Source: an uncultured Candidatus Saccharibacteria bacterium (lineage in GTDB: Bacteria > Patescibacteriota > Minisyncoccia > 1-14-0-10-42-19). Taken from it: a DNA stretch of 64,000 nt. The position numbers were made by a program, and so were the translations under genes. The DNA lies in NCBI GenBank assembly GCA_964362625.1, contig CAYIFA010000001.1, forward strand, positions 2,994-66,993, in the 5' to 3' direction. The notes under the pieces were generated by a model, which was not told the origin of the DNA, did not search any database, and worked only from the letters and a program-made list of their open reading frames with translations. Shown piece by piece: positions 17,551 to 27,979 of the stretch; the first letter of the stretch is position 1, and every line of letters starts with the position of its first letter.

Positions 17551-18633
17551 TCAAGACCAAACAATATCTTCGTGCTTTATAACACCATCTTCGGCAATGT
17601 CGGCCTTGGCGGTTTTCCCTACTATCTCGCCAAGCATTCGTGGCTTTAAGCCATAACCCGGGCTTTTGCAGGTGAGCATTTCGGCGGTTATTTTGGCGCC
17701 GGCCGGAATCCGGGTTTTCGCGACAATGCTTTTGGAGTGTTTGTCGCGCGTCGGTTTTTCAACGTCAAAAAGAAACTTGCCGTATTGGCCCATGGCCTTT
17801 TCAATCCGGCGGGTAGACACCACCATGTGCTTGAATTCCACTGGATCAACGCTAACCGTAGCATGATCCGGACCCGGCAGATTTTTATCGAGGGTAATAT
17901 GGCGTTCAACGGTTTTCGCGCCAAGGGTAATTGCGGCAAGTGTCGGCAAAAATCCTTTTTCGTGACCAGAATATCCAATTGGCAGTGGATTATATCGTTC
18001 TCTTAAAAAGGGGATGGTGGCTAAATTCAAATATTCATCCAAGGTCGGGTAAACCGAAACGCAATGTTTTATGATCAGCTGGTTATTATGCTTTAGAATC
18101 GTCTCGACTCCTTCATCTAGCTCCTCCAAAGAATGCATGCCGGTTGATAAAATCATTGGCTTGCCTTTTTTGGCCACATGTTCCAGGAGCGGTAAATTTG
18201 AAACGTCGAATGAAGCAATTTTATAAACATCCATCCCGACTTCTTCCAAGAAATCTGCGCTTTTTTTATCAAATGGAGTCGCGAAAAATATTGTGCCGAG
18301 CTTTTGCGCGTGTTCTTTGAGTTTCAAAAAATTATCCATATCCAACTCCAGGGCCTTCCGATACTCGCCATAGGTTTTGCCGAAAATCTGGTCCTTAGTT
18401 TGTTCTTTATTTTGAAGTTCTTTAGCAAAGACTTCGTCAATAAAACGCTTTTGAAATTTCACCGCATCAGCACCGGCTTTTACCGCCTCTTCAATGGTGC
18501 GTTTCGCCAAGAAATAGTCGCCATTGTGGTTATTCCCGATTTCAGCAATAAAAAATACCGGCTCGCCTTCGCCGACAAAGCGACCTCCAATCTTCACTTT
18601 CCGCGGCAAATCCTTAAATTTGTCTCGCAACAT
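17551..18633 (-). CDS. NeuB-family synthase, paralog 3
   Basis: FFIAEIGNNHNGD and KFQK motifs plus a C-terminal SAF domain are present. Length is 360 aa. Confidence 0.85.
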   Translation of the reverse strand: MLRDKFKDLPRKVKIGGRFVGEGEPVFFIAEIGNNHNGDYFLAKRTIEEAVKAGADAVKFQKRFIDEVFAKELQNKEQTKDQIFGKTYGEYRKALELDMDNFLKLKEHAQKLGTIFFATPFDKKSADFLEEVGMDVYKIASFDVSNLPLLEHVAKKGKPMILSTGMHSLEELDEGVETILKHNNQLIIKHCVSVYPTLDEYLNLATIPFLRERYNPLPIGYSGHEKGFLPTLAAITLGAKTVERHITLDKNLPGPDHATVSVDPVEFKHMVVSTRRIEKAMGQYGKFLFDVEKPTRDKHSKSIVAKTRIPAGAKITAEMLTCKSPGYGLKPRMLGEIVGKTAKADIAEDGVIKHEDIVWS

Positions 18634-18723
18634 GATTATTCTATATTAAAACAAATAAAAAATGCGGCAACTGCCTTAACTAGAACGCAATAATATCGCC
18701 TATAAGTAAAGCCTCTGGCGCAT

Positions 18724-21567
18724 TCATCGCGCGAGCCATTGGCCGGTATATGATTTTTTGTTTTTGGCAATTTCAGACGGTATCCCGCAAGCTACAACTT
18801 CGCCGCCTTTACTGCCCCCCTCCGGGCCGAGATCAATCAGCCAATCGGCATTGCGCAAAATATCCAAGTTATGCTCAATAACTAAAACAGTGTTACCTTT
18901 ATCAACCAGTGCCGCAAGCACGGTCAAAAGTTTTTGGATGTCATCAAAATGCAAACCGGTGGTGGGCTCATCTAATATATACATTGTTTTACCGGTGGAT
19001 TTTTTGGCCAGCTCCGTCGCCAATTTCACCCGTTGGGCCTCGCCTCCGGAGAGTGTCGTTGCTGATTGCCCGAGTTTCATATAGCCAAGACCGACTTGCA
19101 CAAGGGTCTCTATTTTAATTTTGATTTGCGGAATTTTTTTGAAAAATTCAAGCGACTCCTCGATAGTCATCTCCAAAACTTCGGCGATGTTTTTCCCGTC
19201 GTAATGTATAGACAGGGCCTCGCGATTATAACGGAGTCCAGCACACTCCTCGCACGGCACGTAAATATCCGGCAAAAAATACATTTCTATTTTTTTGACG
19301 CCTTGTCCTTCGCAGGCCTCGCACCGGCCGCCCTTTACGTTAAAACTGAAGCGGCCGGCCTTATAGCCACGGGCTCGCGCGTCATGCGTTTTTGAAAACA
19401 AATCTCGGATCACCGCGAACGCTCCGGTATAGGTTGCCGGATTGGACCTAGGAGTGCGTCCGATCGGCGACTGATCCACCACCACTACTTTATCCAAATT
19501 ATGAACGCCTTCTATTGTTTTGTGCTTGCCCGGCGTTTCTCGCGAGCCGTAAAAATGCTGCATCAATGCCTTGGCTAAAATATCGTTTACCAAAGTTGAC
19601 TTGCCCGATCCGGAGACTCCGGAAACGCAAACCAGCATGCCAAGCGGAATTTCCGCGTCTATATTTTTTAAATTATGTTCGCTCGCCCCGCGTATCTTCA
19701 ACTTGGCTATTTTACTTTTTTCGATTTGCCTGTTTGCAACTTTAACCTCCCTCTTTCCTGAGATATATTCCCCGGTCAAAGTATCCGCCTTCTTCAATTG
19801 CTCGTAAGTGCCCTCAAACACCACGCGGCCGCCATGCCTACCGGCTCCCGGCCCAAGATCCACTATCCAGTCCGCTTCCTCCATTGTTTCTCTATCGTGT
19901 TCAACCACAATGACACTGTTGCCCAGATCCCGAAGCTTCTTTAAGGTGGTAATCAGCCGCGAATGATCCCGCGAATGCAAACCAATGGAAGGTTCGTCCA
20001 AAACATACATTACGCCTGCCAAGCCGGAGCCGATTTGCGTTGCAAGTCGTACCCGCTGGGCCTCCCCTCCGGCAAGCGTAGTTGATTCGCGGTCAAGCGA
20101 GATATAATCCAGCCCGACATCAGTCAAAAATTCCAGACGCCGCGATATTTCTTTAAGCAAAGGTTCGGCGATTTTCGAATTTTCTTTTTCTTTTCTAACT
20201 TCGACGGCGACAGTTTTAATAAATCCGATCGCGCCATCAGAAGATAACCGTGAAACTTCAGCAATGTTTTTCCCGCCCACCGTAACGGCCAGCGCCTCTC
20301 TTTTAAGACGGAGCCCGAGACAATCTGGGCACTCCCGAACATTCATGTAACGTTCTATTTCGGCCCGAGTCCATTCGGAGTCGGTCTCGCGCCACCTGCG
20401 CTCCAGGTTGCCAATCACGCCCTCAAAGCCATCAGGATTATTCGCCCGCTCGCCACGCAAAATCAATTCAAGCATTTTAGGAGAAAGATTTTTTACCGGT
20501 TCATAGAGAGAGAATTTATGGCGTTTGGCCAAATCTTCCATAATCCACCAATACCATGATTGGCGGCCGACCCGATGCGAAGCTCTGGACCATGGCTGGA
20601 TCGCGCCTTCGGCAATGGTAAGATTTTTATTCGGGATGACAAGATCCGGATCAACTTCCAGCTGGTTGCCAAGCCCGGTACAACGCGCGCAGGCCCCGTA
20701 TGGACTGTTAAAAGAAAAAAGCCGCGGTTCTATTGGCGGCAACGAAACATGGCAATTGGGACAAGCGAAATTCTCCGAAAATAATGTTTCCTTTAAAACC
20801 TTCTCCTGATTTTTGAGATCAACTCCGATAACTTGTGCGATACCTCCGGCCAGGGTCAAAGCGGTTTCAAGTGAATCATGAAGCCGCGAGCGCTCAGTGG
20901 ATTTATCGATAATCAGTCTATCCACCACTACTTCAATGGAATGCTTTTTTTTCGGGTCAAGCGGCAAATCAACTGCTTCTTCTATACGCATTACTCCTCC
21001 GTTCATGCGAACTCGCAAATAACCCTGCTTCTGAATACTTTCAAGGATTTTTTTGTGCTCCCCTTTCCGAGATCTGACAACAGGCGCGGCGATCAAGGCA
21101 ATAGTGTCTTTAAAATTTTTGATAACCTGCCAAATCATCTGGTCAATGGTTTGCTTTTTAACGGCACGCCCGCATTCCGGACAGTGCGGCTCACCTACAC
21201 GCGCATAAAGTATCCGGAGATAATCATGTATCTCGGTGATTGTTCCGACAGTAGAGCGAGGATTTTTCGCGATGGAGCGCTGGCTGATGGCAATTGCCGG
21301 AGATAAACCGGATATTTCATCGGCATCCGGTTTGTCCTTAACGCCTAAAAATTGCCGGGCGTAACTGGAAAGCGACTCCACGAATCTGCGTTCGGCTTCA
21401 GCGTAGAGCGTGTCAAAGGCGAGAGATGATTTACCGGATCCGGAAAGCCCAGTTATAACCACCAGCGAGTTACGCGGGATGTCAAGCGATATGTTTTTCA
21501 GATTATGCACCCGCGCTCCTTTGACGCGAATGTAATCATTGGATTCTTTTTTGGAAATACCGGCCAT
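18724..21567 (-). CDS. uvrA: Excinuclease ABC subunit A
   Basis: A 947-aa protein with duplicated ABC ATPase modules, zinc-finger Cys pairs and a UvrA-type N-terminus ([19 protein letters not shown]). Confidence 0.95.
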   Translation of the reverse strand: MAGISKKESNDYIRVKGARVHNLKNISLDIPRNSLVVITGLSGSGKSSLAFDTLYAEAERRFVESLSSYARQFLGVKDKPDADEISGLSPAIAISQRSIAKNPRSTVGTITEIHDYLRILYARVGEPHCPECGRAVKKQTIDQMIWQVIKNFKDTIALIAAPVVRSRKGEHKKILESIQKQGYLRVRMNGGVMRIEEAVDLPLDPKKKHSIEVVVDRLIIDKSTERSRLHDSLETALTLAGGIAQVIGVDLKNQEKVLKETLFSENFACPNCHVSLPPIEPRLFSFNSPYGACARCTGLGNQLEVDPDLVIPNKNLTIAEGAIQPWSRASHRVGRQSWYWWIMEDLAKRHKFSLYEPVKNLSPKMLELILRGERANNPDGFEGVIGNLERRWRETDSEWTRAEIERYMNVRECPDCLGLRLKREALAVTVGGKNIAEVSRLSSDGAIGFIKTVAVEVRKEKENSKIAEPLLKEISRRLEFLTDVGLDYISLDRESTTLAGGEAQRVRLATQIGSGLAGVMYVLDEPSIGLHSRDHSRLITTLKKLRDLGNSVIVVEHDRETMEEADWIVDLGPGAGRHGGRVVFEGTYEQLKKADTLTGEYISGKREVKVANRQIEKSKIAKLKIRGASEHNLKNIDAEIPLGMLVCVSGVSGSGKSTLVNDILAKALMQHFYGSRETPGKHKTIEGVHNLDKVVVVDQSPIGRTPRSNPATYTGAFAVIRDLFSKTHDARARGYKAGRFSFNVKGGRCEACEGQGVKKIEMYFLPDIYVPCEECAGLRYNREALSIHYDGKNIAEVLEMTIEESLEFFKKIPQIKIKIETLVQVGLGYMKLGQSATTLSGGEAQRVKLATELAKKSTGKTMYILDEPTTGLHFDDIQKLLTVLAALVDKGNTVLVIEHNLDILRNADWLIDLGPEGGSKGGEVVACGIPSEIAKNKKSYTGQWLAR

Positions 21568-21653
21568 CTTTTTTTAATATTTCAGTATACTCATCAGTCA
21601 AGGGCTAGTCAATGGCGCGCCCCACTATGCGTTATGTACTGCCGGCTCTCCGA

Positions 21654-23021
21654 TTAATTCATATTCTCCAGTATGAATCTTCCGATTCTTTCCCCGGATT
21701 TGCCGTCCAAATAAGCGCACTGCCGGCTTACAAGGATTTGCCGCTTTTCGCGATCAAGAGACGGATTATTAAGATAAACATTAACCCATTTCACTAACTC
21801 ATCTTCATTCGCTACCAGCCGAATCCCGCCGGTAACCAAAGCCTGCGCGTAATGGCGTTTTACATAGTGACGGCGCGGGCTCGGCTTTCCCGGCGTATCT
21901 TCACCCACATCAAAATTGATATTAATAACCGGCTTATCAAATACCGCCGCATCAATACTAATGGAAGAAGCATAACATACCATAACCGACATGTAATAAA
22001 GAGAGTCTGAAAGATGTCTAAGCTCCTCTCCGGTCATATCCCAGTCATTGCCTTTATTTTTTGAAAAGCGCTCGCCGGGGAATTCATAAACCACTCCCGG
22101 AAGTCTACGGAATTTGCTGGCTTCGACTTCGTCATTTGGCGGACAACGCACCAAAATAGAAACCTTTTCAGCGAATCTCTTTTGTTCATTCAGGCGGCTT
22201 AGCAATTCGATAATTTCCCAATCGGCATTAGAATAGGCCAGCCCAAACGGAGCATAAAGAAGAATTTTACGGCTGGGGTCCAATCCGAGTTCAGCAAAGA
22301 ATTTTTCGCGGCTGGCGTACGGCGCGTTAAAATGAAAATCATACTGCGGCAAACCGGAAACAAAAATATCCTCATCCAAAACCAAGTCAAATTTTTCAAG
22401 ATCATTTTTAATGATATTATTAAAGACCACGCACTTATCGGGCAAGAGCCGCAAGATGCAGCGACTGGTCGTCCGATCCCACGAATTAATTAATCCTATA
22501 CTCTTTATCATGCGCCGTTTTGCCTCTCTCAACATATGAACTTCAGTATCATCGAAAAGATTAGCTAGAAATACCAAATCAGGGCGATATTCATCAAAAT
22601 AGCGCGCGAAAATATTATTTTTAACCAGCAGATAATCAAGGTAGCGAAACATCCTGACAGCGAATGGGCGGGCGAGAATTGCGTTTACAATATCTCCTAA
22701 TTTATAAAAAAGATAATTCCGGCGCTTTTCATAAAGCAACCGCCGCCAAAGATCGGTTGATTCGGTACGTAATAGTGTAAATTTTAAGCGCATAAACCAC
22801 TTGTCAGATCCGCTTATCTCCGGAAAATTGACCGTTTCACAAATTACTCTAGAGGTGGCAAACTCTTTTCTATAGTTATCCGCCCGGTTTCGATCTTTAG
22901 TAAACAGGACTACCCGCACATCTGGGTCGCCGAGAATTGTTTTTAAAACATCTGTACGCAAAAGATTCTTAGCTTCCACCCCTTCAAAAATTGTAATAAA
23001 AATTGTTTTCATAAGAGTCAA
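21654..23021 (-). CDS. TagF-like (CDP-glycerol glycerophosphotransferase family) GT-B protein
   Basis: A KILLYAPFG motif (compare the TagF LYAPTWR motif) and a GT-B C-terminal motif are present. Length is 455 aa. Confidence 0.5.
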   Translation of the reverse strand: MTLMKTIFITIFEGVEAKNLLRTDVLKTILGDPDVRVVLFTKDRNRADNYRKEFATSRVICETVNFPEISGSDKWFMRLKFTLLRTESTDLWRRLLYEKRRNYLFYKLGDIVNAILARPFAVRMFRYLDYLLVKNNIFARYFDEYRPDLVFLANLFDDTEVHMLREAKRRMIKSIGLINSWDRTTSRCILRLLPDKCVVFNNIIKNDLEKFDLVLDEDIFVSGLPQYDFHFNAPYASREKFFAELGLDPSRKILLYAPFGLAYSNADWEIIELLSRLNEQKRFAEKVSILVRCPPNDEVEASKFRRLPGVVYEFPGERFSKNKGNDWDMTGEELRHLSDSLYYMSVMVCYASSISIDAAVFDKPVININFDVGEDTPGKPSPRRHYVKRHYAQALVTGGIRLVANEDELVKWVNVYLNNPSLDREKRQILVSRQCAYLDGKSGERIGRFILENMN

Positions 23022-23095
23022 TTGAACGAAAGTTCGATATTTTTCCTTGACAACATTTGTATATTTGCTATTATGATAATATCCATATGAAAAAG

Positions 23096-23140
23096 CACGG
23101 CGTATGCGGCGCGTCCCTACGCAGTGCTTTTTCTTTTTGC
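23096..23140. terminator. Bidirectional rho-independent terminator candidate
   Basis: aaaaAGCACGGCGTA...TACGCAGTGCTttttcttttt, a hairpin flanked by an A-run on the 5' side and a T-run on the 3' side. Confidence 0.55.
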
Positions 23141-23229
23141 CAGCTTATTGGTGCCCTTATAAACATTTTGGCTGTCGATAAAAGCAAAATTATTTTCTTC
23201 TTTTTTCATAATGTTCATAATCAAAATTT

Positions 23230-24174
23230 TTATGCGCGATCCATTATTAACCAGTCAACGGTTTTAGCCAGGCCCTTATCTAAATCATATTTGGGCCGCC
23301 AGTTAAATTTTGAAAATGTCTTGGCCATATCTGCCTGCCATTTATCGCTATCGTAGTGAACCGGCGGGAAGGCGCCCCAATTTATTTTACTTTTTGAACC
23401 GGTGATTTCGAGAATTTTATCCGCCAAATCTCCGAACGAAGTTTTTGTGCCGCTGCCCGCGTTAAAAATTTCGCCCTTGAGGTTACCGGCTTTACCGGCA
23501 GCCTCAAGATATAACTCTATTATGTCATCAACGTAAATAAAATCCCTTACTATTGATGGTTCGGTAAGATTAATTTCTTGATCGTGAATGGCCCGGTAAA
23601 TCATATTATAAATCAACCGTCCTTTCTGAATGGCGGGGCCATATGGGGTGAATATGCGAAACGTAAGAATCGGCTTATTTTTTGTTCGCGCTATGGCTTG
23701 GCCATATAATGTCTCTGCAAGCTTAGTTATGCTGTATAGCTCTGCCGGTTCGCAAACATCCGATTCTTTAATGGGCCGATCTTTAAGGCCGCATTCTGAA
23801 AACGAACCCGTATTTATAAAATATTCATAATCTACACTATCTAGGGCATCAATAAGATTGGCGCTACCTATTATATTAGTCCGGATTACTTCTTCATTCG
23901 GGGCCCGGACTCCGCTCATAATAGTGGAGGTTGCCAGATGAAAAATCCCTTGCGGGTTTATTTTTTTTACGGTTTTTCTTAGAAATTCCGCGTCCGCCAG
24001 ATCGCCGAAATAAACTTTGAGCCGAGGCAATAAATTATTAATGCGCCATGGATCTGACTTCTCTCGCAGTATTACGTGAACTTCATTCCCGCCCTCTATC
24101 AATTTCTGGGTTAAATGTGAGCCGATAAAGCCGCCTGCCCCGGTTATCAATATTTTTTGAGTTTTGTTTATCAT
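23230..24174 (-). CDS. NAD-dependent epimerase/dehydratase (extended SDR)
   Basis: It has the ITGAGGFIGSHL Rossmann motif and a YSITK catalytic YxxxK. Confidence 0.8.
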   Translation of the reverse strand: MINKTQKILITGAGGFIGSHLTQKLIEGGNEVHVILREKSDPWRINNLLPRLKVYFGDLADAEFLRKTVKKINPQGIFHLATSTIMSGVRAPNEEVIRTNIIGSANLIDALDSVDYEYFINTGSFSECGLKDRPIKESDVCEPAELYSITKLAETLYGQAIARTKNKPILTFRIFTPYGPAIQKGRLIYNMIYRAIHDQEINLTEPSIVRDFIYVDDIIELYLEAAGKAGNLKGEIFNAGSGTKTSFGDLADKILEITGSKSKINWGAFPPVHYDSDKWQADMAKTFSKFNWRPKYDLDKGLAKTVDWLIMDRA

Positions 24175-25110
24175 TTAACTAACCGGAAAGAGTTTGCCGA
24201 TAACCGCAAGTTCGTCTTTTATATTGCGCCGCTCCTTATTCCGGTTGGCATTAAGATGAACCGCAAATGGCCTCCCCCGCCACACATATTCTTCCCATCC
24301 AAAAGAAGCCGCGTCGGGATACCCGAGTTCGGCGAAAGACGTTTCGGAATAATAACCGGGTTTTTTCGGCGCATAGCTAAATCGGTCAGGCAATATTTTT
24401 TCCAAAAAAGAAATCGGGTGTTTTGGCTTAAAAACGGGTTTGGCCAAGTCAAACCGGGCGCTTTGCGAAAAATGCTTTGATATTCTATAACCCGTATCCC
24501 GGGAAATTCTTATCTTGGCGCGTTCTCCCAAAATGGTATTCTGGGCGAACTGCCGAACGCGCTTGTTAACTCTCTGTAAAAAAGATCTGCCGCCAAATGT
24601 ATCATTATAACCAGGCCTAAAATCCAACTCCCGGTAGTCAACACGATGCAAATCAATAAAAAAACAGTTTATGGAAGAAAAGTAGCGATATTTTATTAAA
24701 CGGGCGGGATGATATGGTGTGCCAAAAAAATGCAATTTTTCTTCAAGCATATGTTCGATAACATCAGCAATCCATGCGGGACGCACCAGAAAAAAATCGC
24801 TGTCCAAAATAAGGGCGAAGCGCGTTTTTATATGTTCAAGTGTTTTATGAATTCCGGCGGCATGATGATAACTCCCCCTCATCCAGGAAGATAACCCCTC
24901 GGCTTTCGCTTCCCCAGGAACAATAATAAAACCGCTATCCCGATCGTTGGCCGGCACTTTCCCGAGCGAATTATCAGCGACTACCCAGGCAAAATCCGCT
25001 CCGGGATTCATTTTCTTGGTGAGCAATAAATTAAATTCGAGCAATTCCTTGGTCGCAGTAGTGTGGTATACAGATGAAATCGTCAGATCATGAGAAGAGT
25101 TGCCGCTCAT
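24175..25110 (-). CDS. Hypothetical protein, possible DXD-motif glycosyltransferase
   Basis: A LILDSDFF DXD-like motif is present. No other recognisable signature was found. Confidence 0.3.
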   Translation of the reverse strand: MSGNSSHDLTISSVYHTTATKELLEFNLLLTKKMNPGADFAWVVADNSLGKVPANDRDSGFIIVPGEAKAEGLSSWMRGSYHHAAGIHKTLEHIKTRFALILDSDFFLVRPAWIADVIEHMLEEKLHFFGTPYHPARLIKYRYFSSINCFFIDLHRVDYRELDFRPGYNDTFGGRSFLQRVNKRVRQFAQNTILGERAKIRISRDTGYRISKHFSQSARFDLAKPVFKPKHPISFLEKILPDRFSYAPKKPGYYSETSFAELGYPDAASFGWEEYVWRGRPFAVHLNANRNKERRNIKDELAVIGKLFPVS

Positions 25111-26089
25111 CGTTATAAGATGCTGCTATTTTTTTAATCGCATCATTAAAAGTATATTGCGGCGCCCAATTTAGTTTCTCCCGAATTTTAGATGAATCTA
25201 AAGCGTAACGCATATCTTGCCCGGAACGATCTTGTATGAATTCAACGGTGTTATCGTTAAATGGTTTATCGTGAAGCGCCAGCACGGTACGCGCTACGTG
25301 GCTTACCGAATATTCTTCCGGAGAAGAAATATGATAAGTTTCGCCTGTTTCGCCTCTCAGCATTACATCATAAATCGCGCGGCAATTATCGCGCACGTAT
25401 ATCCAATTTCTTACCTGTTCGCCGGATCCATGAATTCTTATTTTTGCTCCTTTATTTATCTGCGTTAAGCAAAAAGATACCAGCTTCTCGGGGTGCTGAC
25501 GTTCACCGTAATTATTGGTGGTACGGGTAATTATATACGGCAGCCCGTAAGTCCTTCCGAATGACTTTACCAGCATTTCTGCGGCTGATTTGGTTGCCGA
25601 ATAAGGATTTGAAGGATTATGCCGGTCGTCTTCTTTAAAATGCCCCTCCTTGATGTCACCGAATACTTCATCGGTGCTTATATAAATAAAATTTGGCGTT
25701 TTGAACTTCCAATCATGCAGCAAATTATGCGTCCTCCCCTTGATCAATAAATTAAGAAGATTGTGAGTTCCGAGAATGTTGCTTTTTATAAAGACACCGC
25801 TCGCATTGATAGAATTATCAACGTGGGATTCGGCGGCAAAGTGGACTATGTAATCCGAATACGGAAGCTCGGTTAAATCATTGATATCTTTTTTTATAAA
25901 GCGGTATTGAGTAGGAAACTGCTTGGAGAAATACTCGCCCAATTTGATATTTGAAGCGTAAGTAATTTTATCTATATTTATGACATTGAATCCTTCGCCC
26001 AGCATAAGCCGGGCAAAATGACCGCCAATGAAGCCCAGGCCGCCGGTTATTAAAACGGTTTTATTTTTTCTGATACCTTGTTCCGGCAT
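25088..26089 (-). CDS. dTDP-glucose 4,6-dehydratase family (RmlB-like NDP-sugar 4,6-dehydratase)
   Basis: It has the Rossmann motif ITGGLGFIG, the motif STDEVFG, and a catalytic YxxxK (YSATKSAAE). Confidence 0.8.
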   Translation of the reverse strand: MPEQGIRKNKTVLITGGLGFIGGHFARLMLGEGFNVINIDKITYASNIKLGEYFSKQFPTQYRFIKKDINDLTELPYSDYIVHFAAESHVDNSINASGVFIKSNILGTHNLLNLLIKGRTHNLLHDWKFKTPNFIYISTDEVFGDIKEGHFKEDDRHNPSNPYSATKSAAEMLVKSFGRTYGLPYIITRTTNNYGERQHPEKLVSFCLTQINKGAKIRIHGSGEQVRNWIYVRDNCRAIYDVMLRGETGETYHISSPEEYSVSHVARTVLALHDKPFNDNTVEFIQDRSGQDMRYALDSSKIREKLNWAPQYTFNDAIKKIAASYNDERQLFS

Positions 26090-26095
26090 AAAAAA

Positions 26096-26533
26096 TTAAA
26101 ACTTTGATTTATAATCGCTAAAATCCGGCGCCTCTGTCTCGTTGTCGCCCTCTTTCCATGGATAATCGCATATATTTACCATTACTGCATCGTCCTTAAA
26201 GGGATTCCGTATAAGATAGCCAACGCCGGCCGGAATATCAAATAGAACCGGATGACTGTCGGCATTAACCTCTGTTTCCTTAAAAACTTCTGCTTCGCGA
26301 TACGCAAGGATAATCCTCCCTTCCACAAGATTCAAAAGAGTCCTTCTCTTTCGGTGCAAATAAGGTCCTTTCTCTTCTCCGGCCCGGCAAGTGGCATAAT
26401 AAACATAACGCGGCGTCATTGCCGGAAGCGAGTCATAATCTTTCCACAGCGGCATCAGCATTCCGTTGGTCCGGCCGCTAGTTTTGCTGACGGTTTTTAT
26501 TCTAACAATAGGATAAGAACTTACTCCGGCCAT
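26096..26533 (-). CDS. Small cupin protein, possible NDP-sugar 3,4-ketoisomerase/epimerase (FdtA/WxcM-like)
   Basis: A 145-aa cupin-sized protein lying between a 4,6-dehydratase and a transferase. Family assignment is tentative. Confidence 0.35.
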   Translation of the reverse strand: MAGVSSYPIVRIKTVSKTSGRTNGMLMPLWKDYDSLPAMTPRYVYYATCRAGEEKGPYLHRKRRTLLNLVEGRIILAYREAEVFKETEVNADSHPVLFDIPAGVGYLIRNPFKDDAVMVNICDYPWKEGDNETEAPDFSDYKSKF

Positions 26534-26572
26534 CTTTAAATGCTACGGAATCCGGACTAAAAAATCAAGTTT

Positions 26573-27979
26573 TTAAAGGATATTCAGCTGTTTTACGGCG
26601 CCGACTGCGATTAGCTCTATTTCTTCGGCGGCGCGCATGCCGGCAGACACATTTAAACCGAGGGGGCGAATATAATTCTTCACAAACGCGCGCCTCTGCT
26701 CCATTTTATCGTCCTTCCCTTCCAAGAGATTCTCGACTAACTCGCGGAAATGTTCCGGTGATTTAGCAACTAGAAGACAACCTTCTTTAAGAAATTGCTG
26801 AAAATGAACAGCTTCGAGCTGGGTTTCGCGATACTTATCAGTCATTATGGCCACCCCCGGCTTATCTAATATCAACGCGTCAATCATTCCGCTGGTGTTT
26901 ATACCGACCGTGCCGATAGAATAATATAGTGAATCGTAAAAAAACTGGCGAGCATCCGCTGTTGCCGGCAACATTCCTTTTTTAGGAACAATAATTACCC
27001 CGTCGCTTTCAATATTTTCATAAATCTGATAATTAGAAGGGTGAGGCCGTACTGCGATTTGTATCGCCCTAACCAGCTGGTCAGTGGAGTTATCAAGAGC
27101 TTTACGTAAATCCTTAATAAGCCATACTTCATTTTCGGCGATGTTTTTCGATGAACCAAGATAAAGAATATATGGCCAATCGGATTTCAGATTGTTTTCT
27201 CGACAAAATTCTTCACGCGAAATAGATGGCTTTAATTCCCTAAACCATGCGTCGAATAGCGGAGAACCGATAAGACGAATTTTTTCTCTCGGTATACTGT
27301 GATGTTTCATTGCTTCTTCTTGTTGTGCGGCATTCCAGACCAGCACGATGTCCGGAACTACCGGGATAATCCCGCGAACAGTCAAATTATCCCAACTCAT
27401 TACGCTGACAATGCTTGGAATCCCGAGGGCTTTGGCGGCTTTTAGGTATTCGGTATCCGCTGAAGAATGGCGCATGTTGGCCGGAGAAACTACTACGGCG
27501 TTCGGTTTAAGTGTTGTTAGCTTGGTCTTAATTTGCGAATCGGCCGGACCAATATTTTCTACCAGTCCCAACATAAACCCGGCTACCCTATTTTTAATGA
27601 TCCGGTTGGCGAACGAATTTTTTTTAAGCAAAAACGGTCTCGCCCGCCTTGGCAAAAAATTTATCCAGTCACGGCGATAGAAATCAGATTGCCCCCCGAC
27701 AATTAAATAACGGCGATAATTCCTGATTTCTCTTAATGGCGATAAAATATGCCGCGAAAATCCGCGGCTGGACTCAACCAATTCATAATCGAATCTAGCA
27801 TTATTTTCCTTCATCTCCGCCAAAACTTCTGCCGCGCCAAACCTGTCTCTTTTGCTCCACTTTTTATCAAAAAAAACTTTGACCTCGTGTCCGCGTCCGC
27901 ATAATTCCTCGACAATGCTCCGGTAATAAGAGATTAAATTAATGCTCCGAAAAACAAACAATATGCGCATACTAATCAA
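26573..27979 (-). CDS. TagF/CapsuleSynth-like GT-B glycosyl- or glycerophosphotransferase
   Basis: An ILYLGSSKN and AVRPHP motif pair (as in the TagF family) and a GT-B C-terminal motif are present. Length is 468 aa. Confidence 0.45.
   Translation of the reverse strand: MISMRILFVFRSINLISYYRSIVEELCGRGHEVKVFFDKKWSKRDRFGAAEVLAEMKENNARFDYELVESSRGFSRHILSPLREIRNYRRYLIVGGQSDFYRRDWINFLPRRARPFLLKKNSFANRIIKNRVAGFMLGLVENIGPADSQIKTKLTTLKPNAVVVSPANMRHSSADTEYLKAAKALGIPSIVSVMSWDNLTVRGIIPVVPDIVLVWNAAQQEEAMKHHSIPREKIRLIGSPLFDAWFRELKPSISREEFCRENNLKSDWPYILYLGSSKNIAENEVWLIKDLRKALDNSTDQLVRAIQIAVRPHPSNYQIYENIESDGVIIVPKKGMLPATADARQFFYDSLYYSIGTVGINTSGMIDALILDKPGVAIMTDKYRETQLEAVHFQQFLKEGCLLVAKSPEHFRELVENLLEGKDDKMEQRRAFVKNYIRPLGLNVSAGMRAAEEIELIAVGAVKQLNIL

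Noticed and set aside
23049-23356. TTGACA...TATTAT promoter-like hexamers and a 99-aa plus-strand ORF (23057..23356)
   Set aside because: The ORF is low-complexity and overlaps a strong bidirectional terminator hairpin and the 3' end of the epimerase gene. The hexamer spacing is poor. It is probably not a gene.
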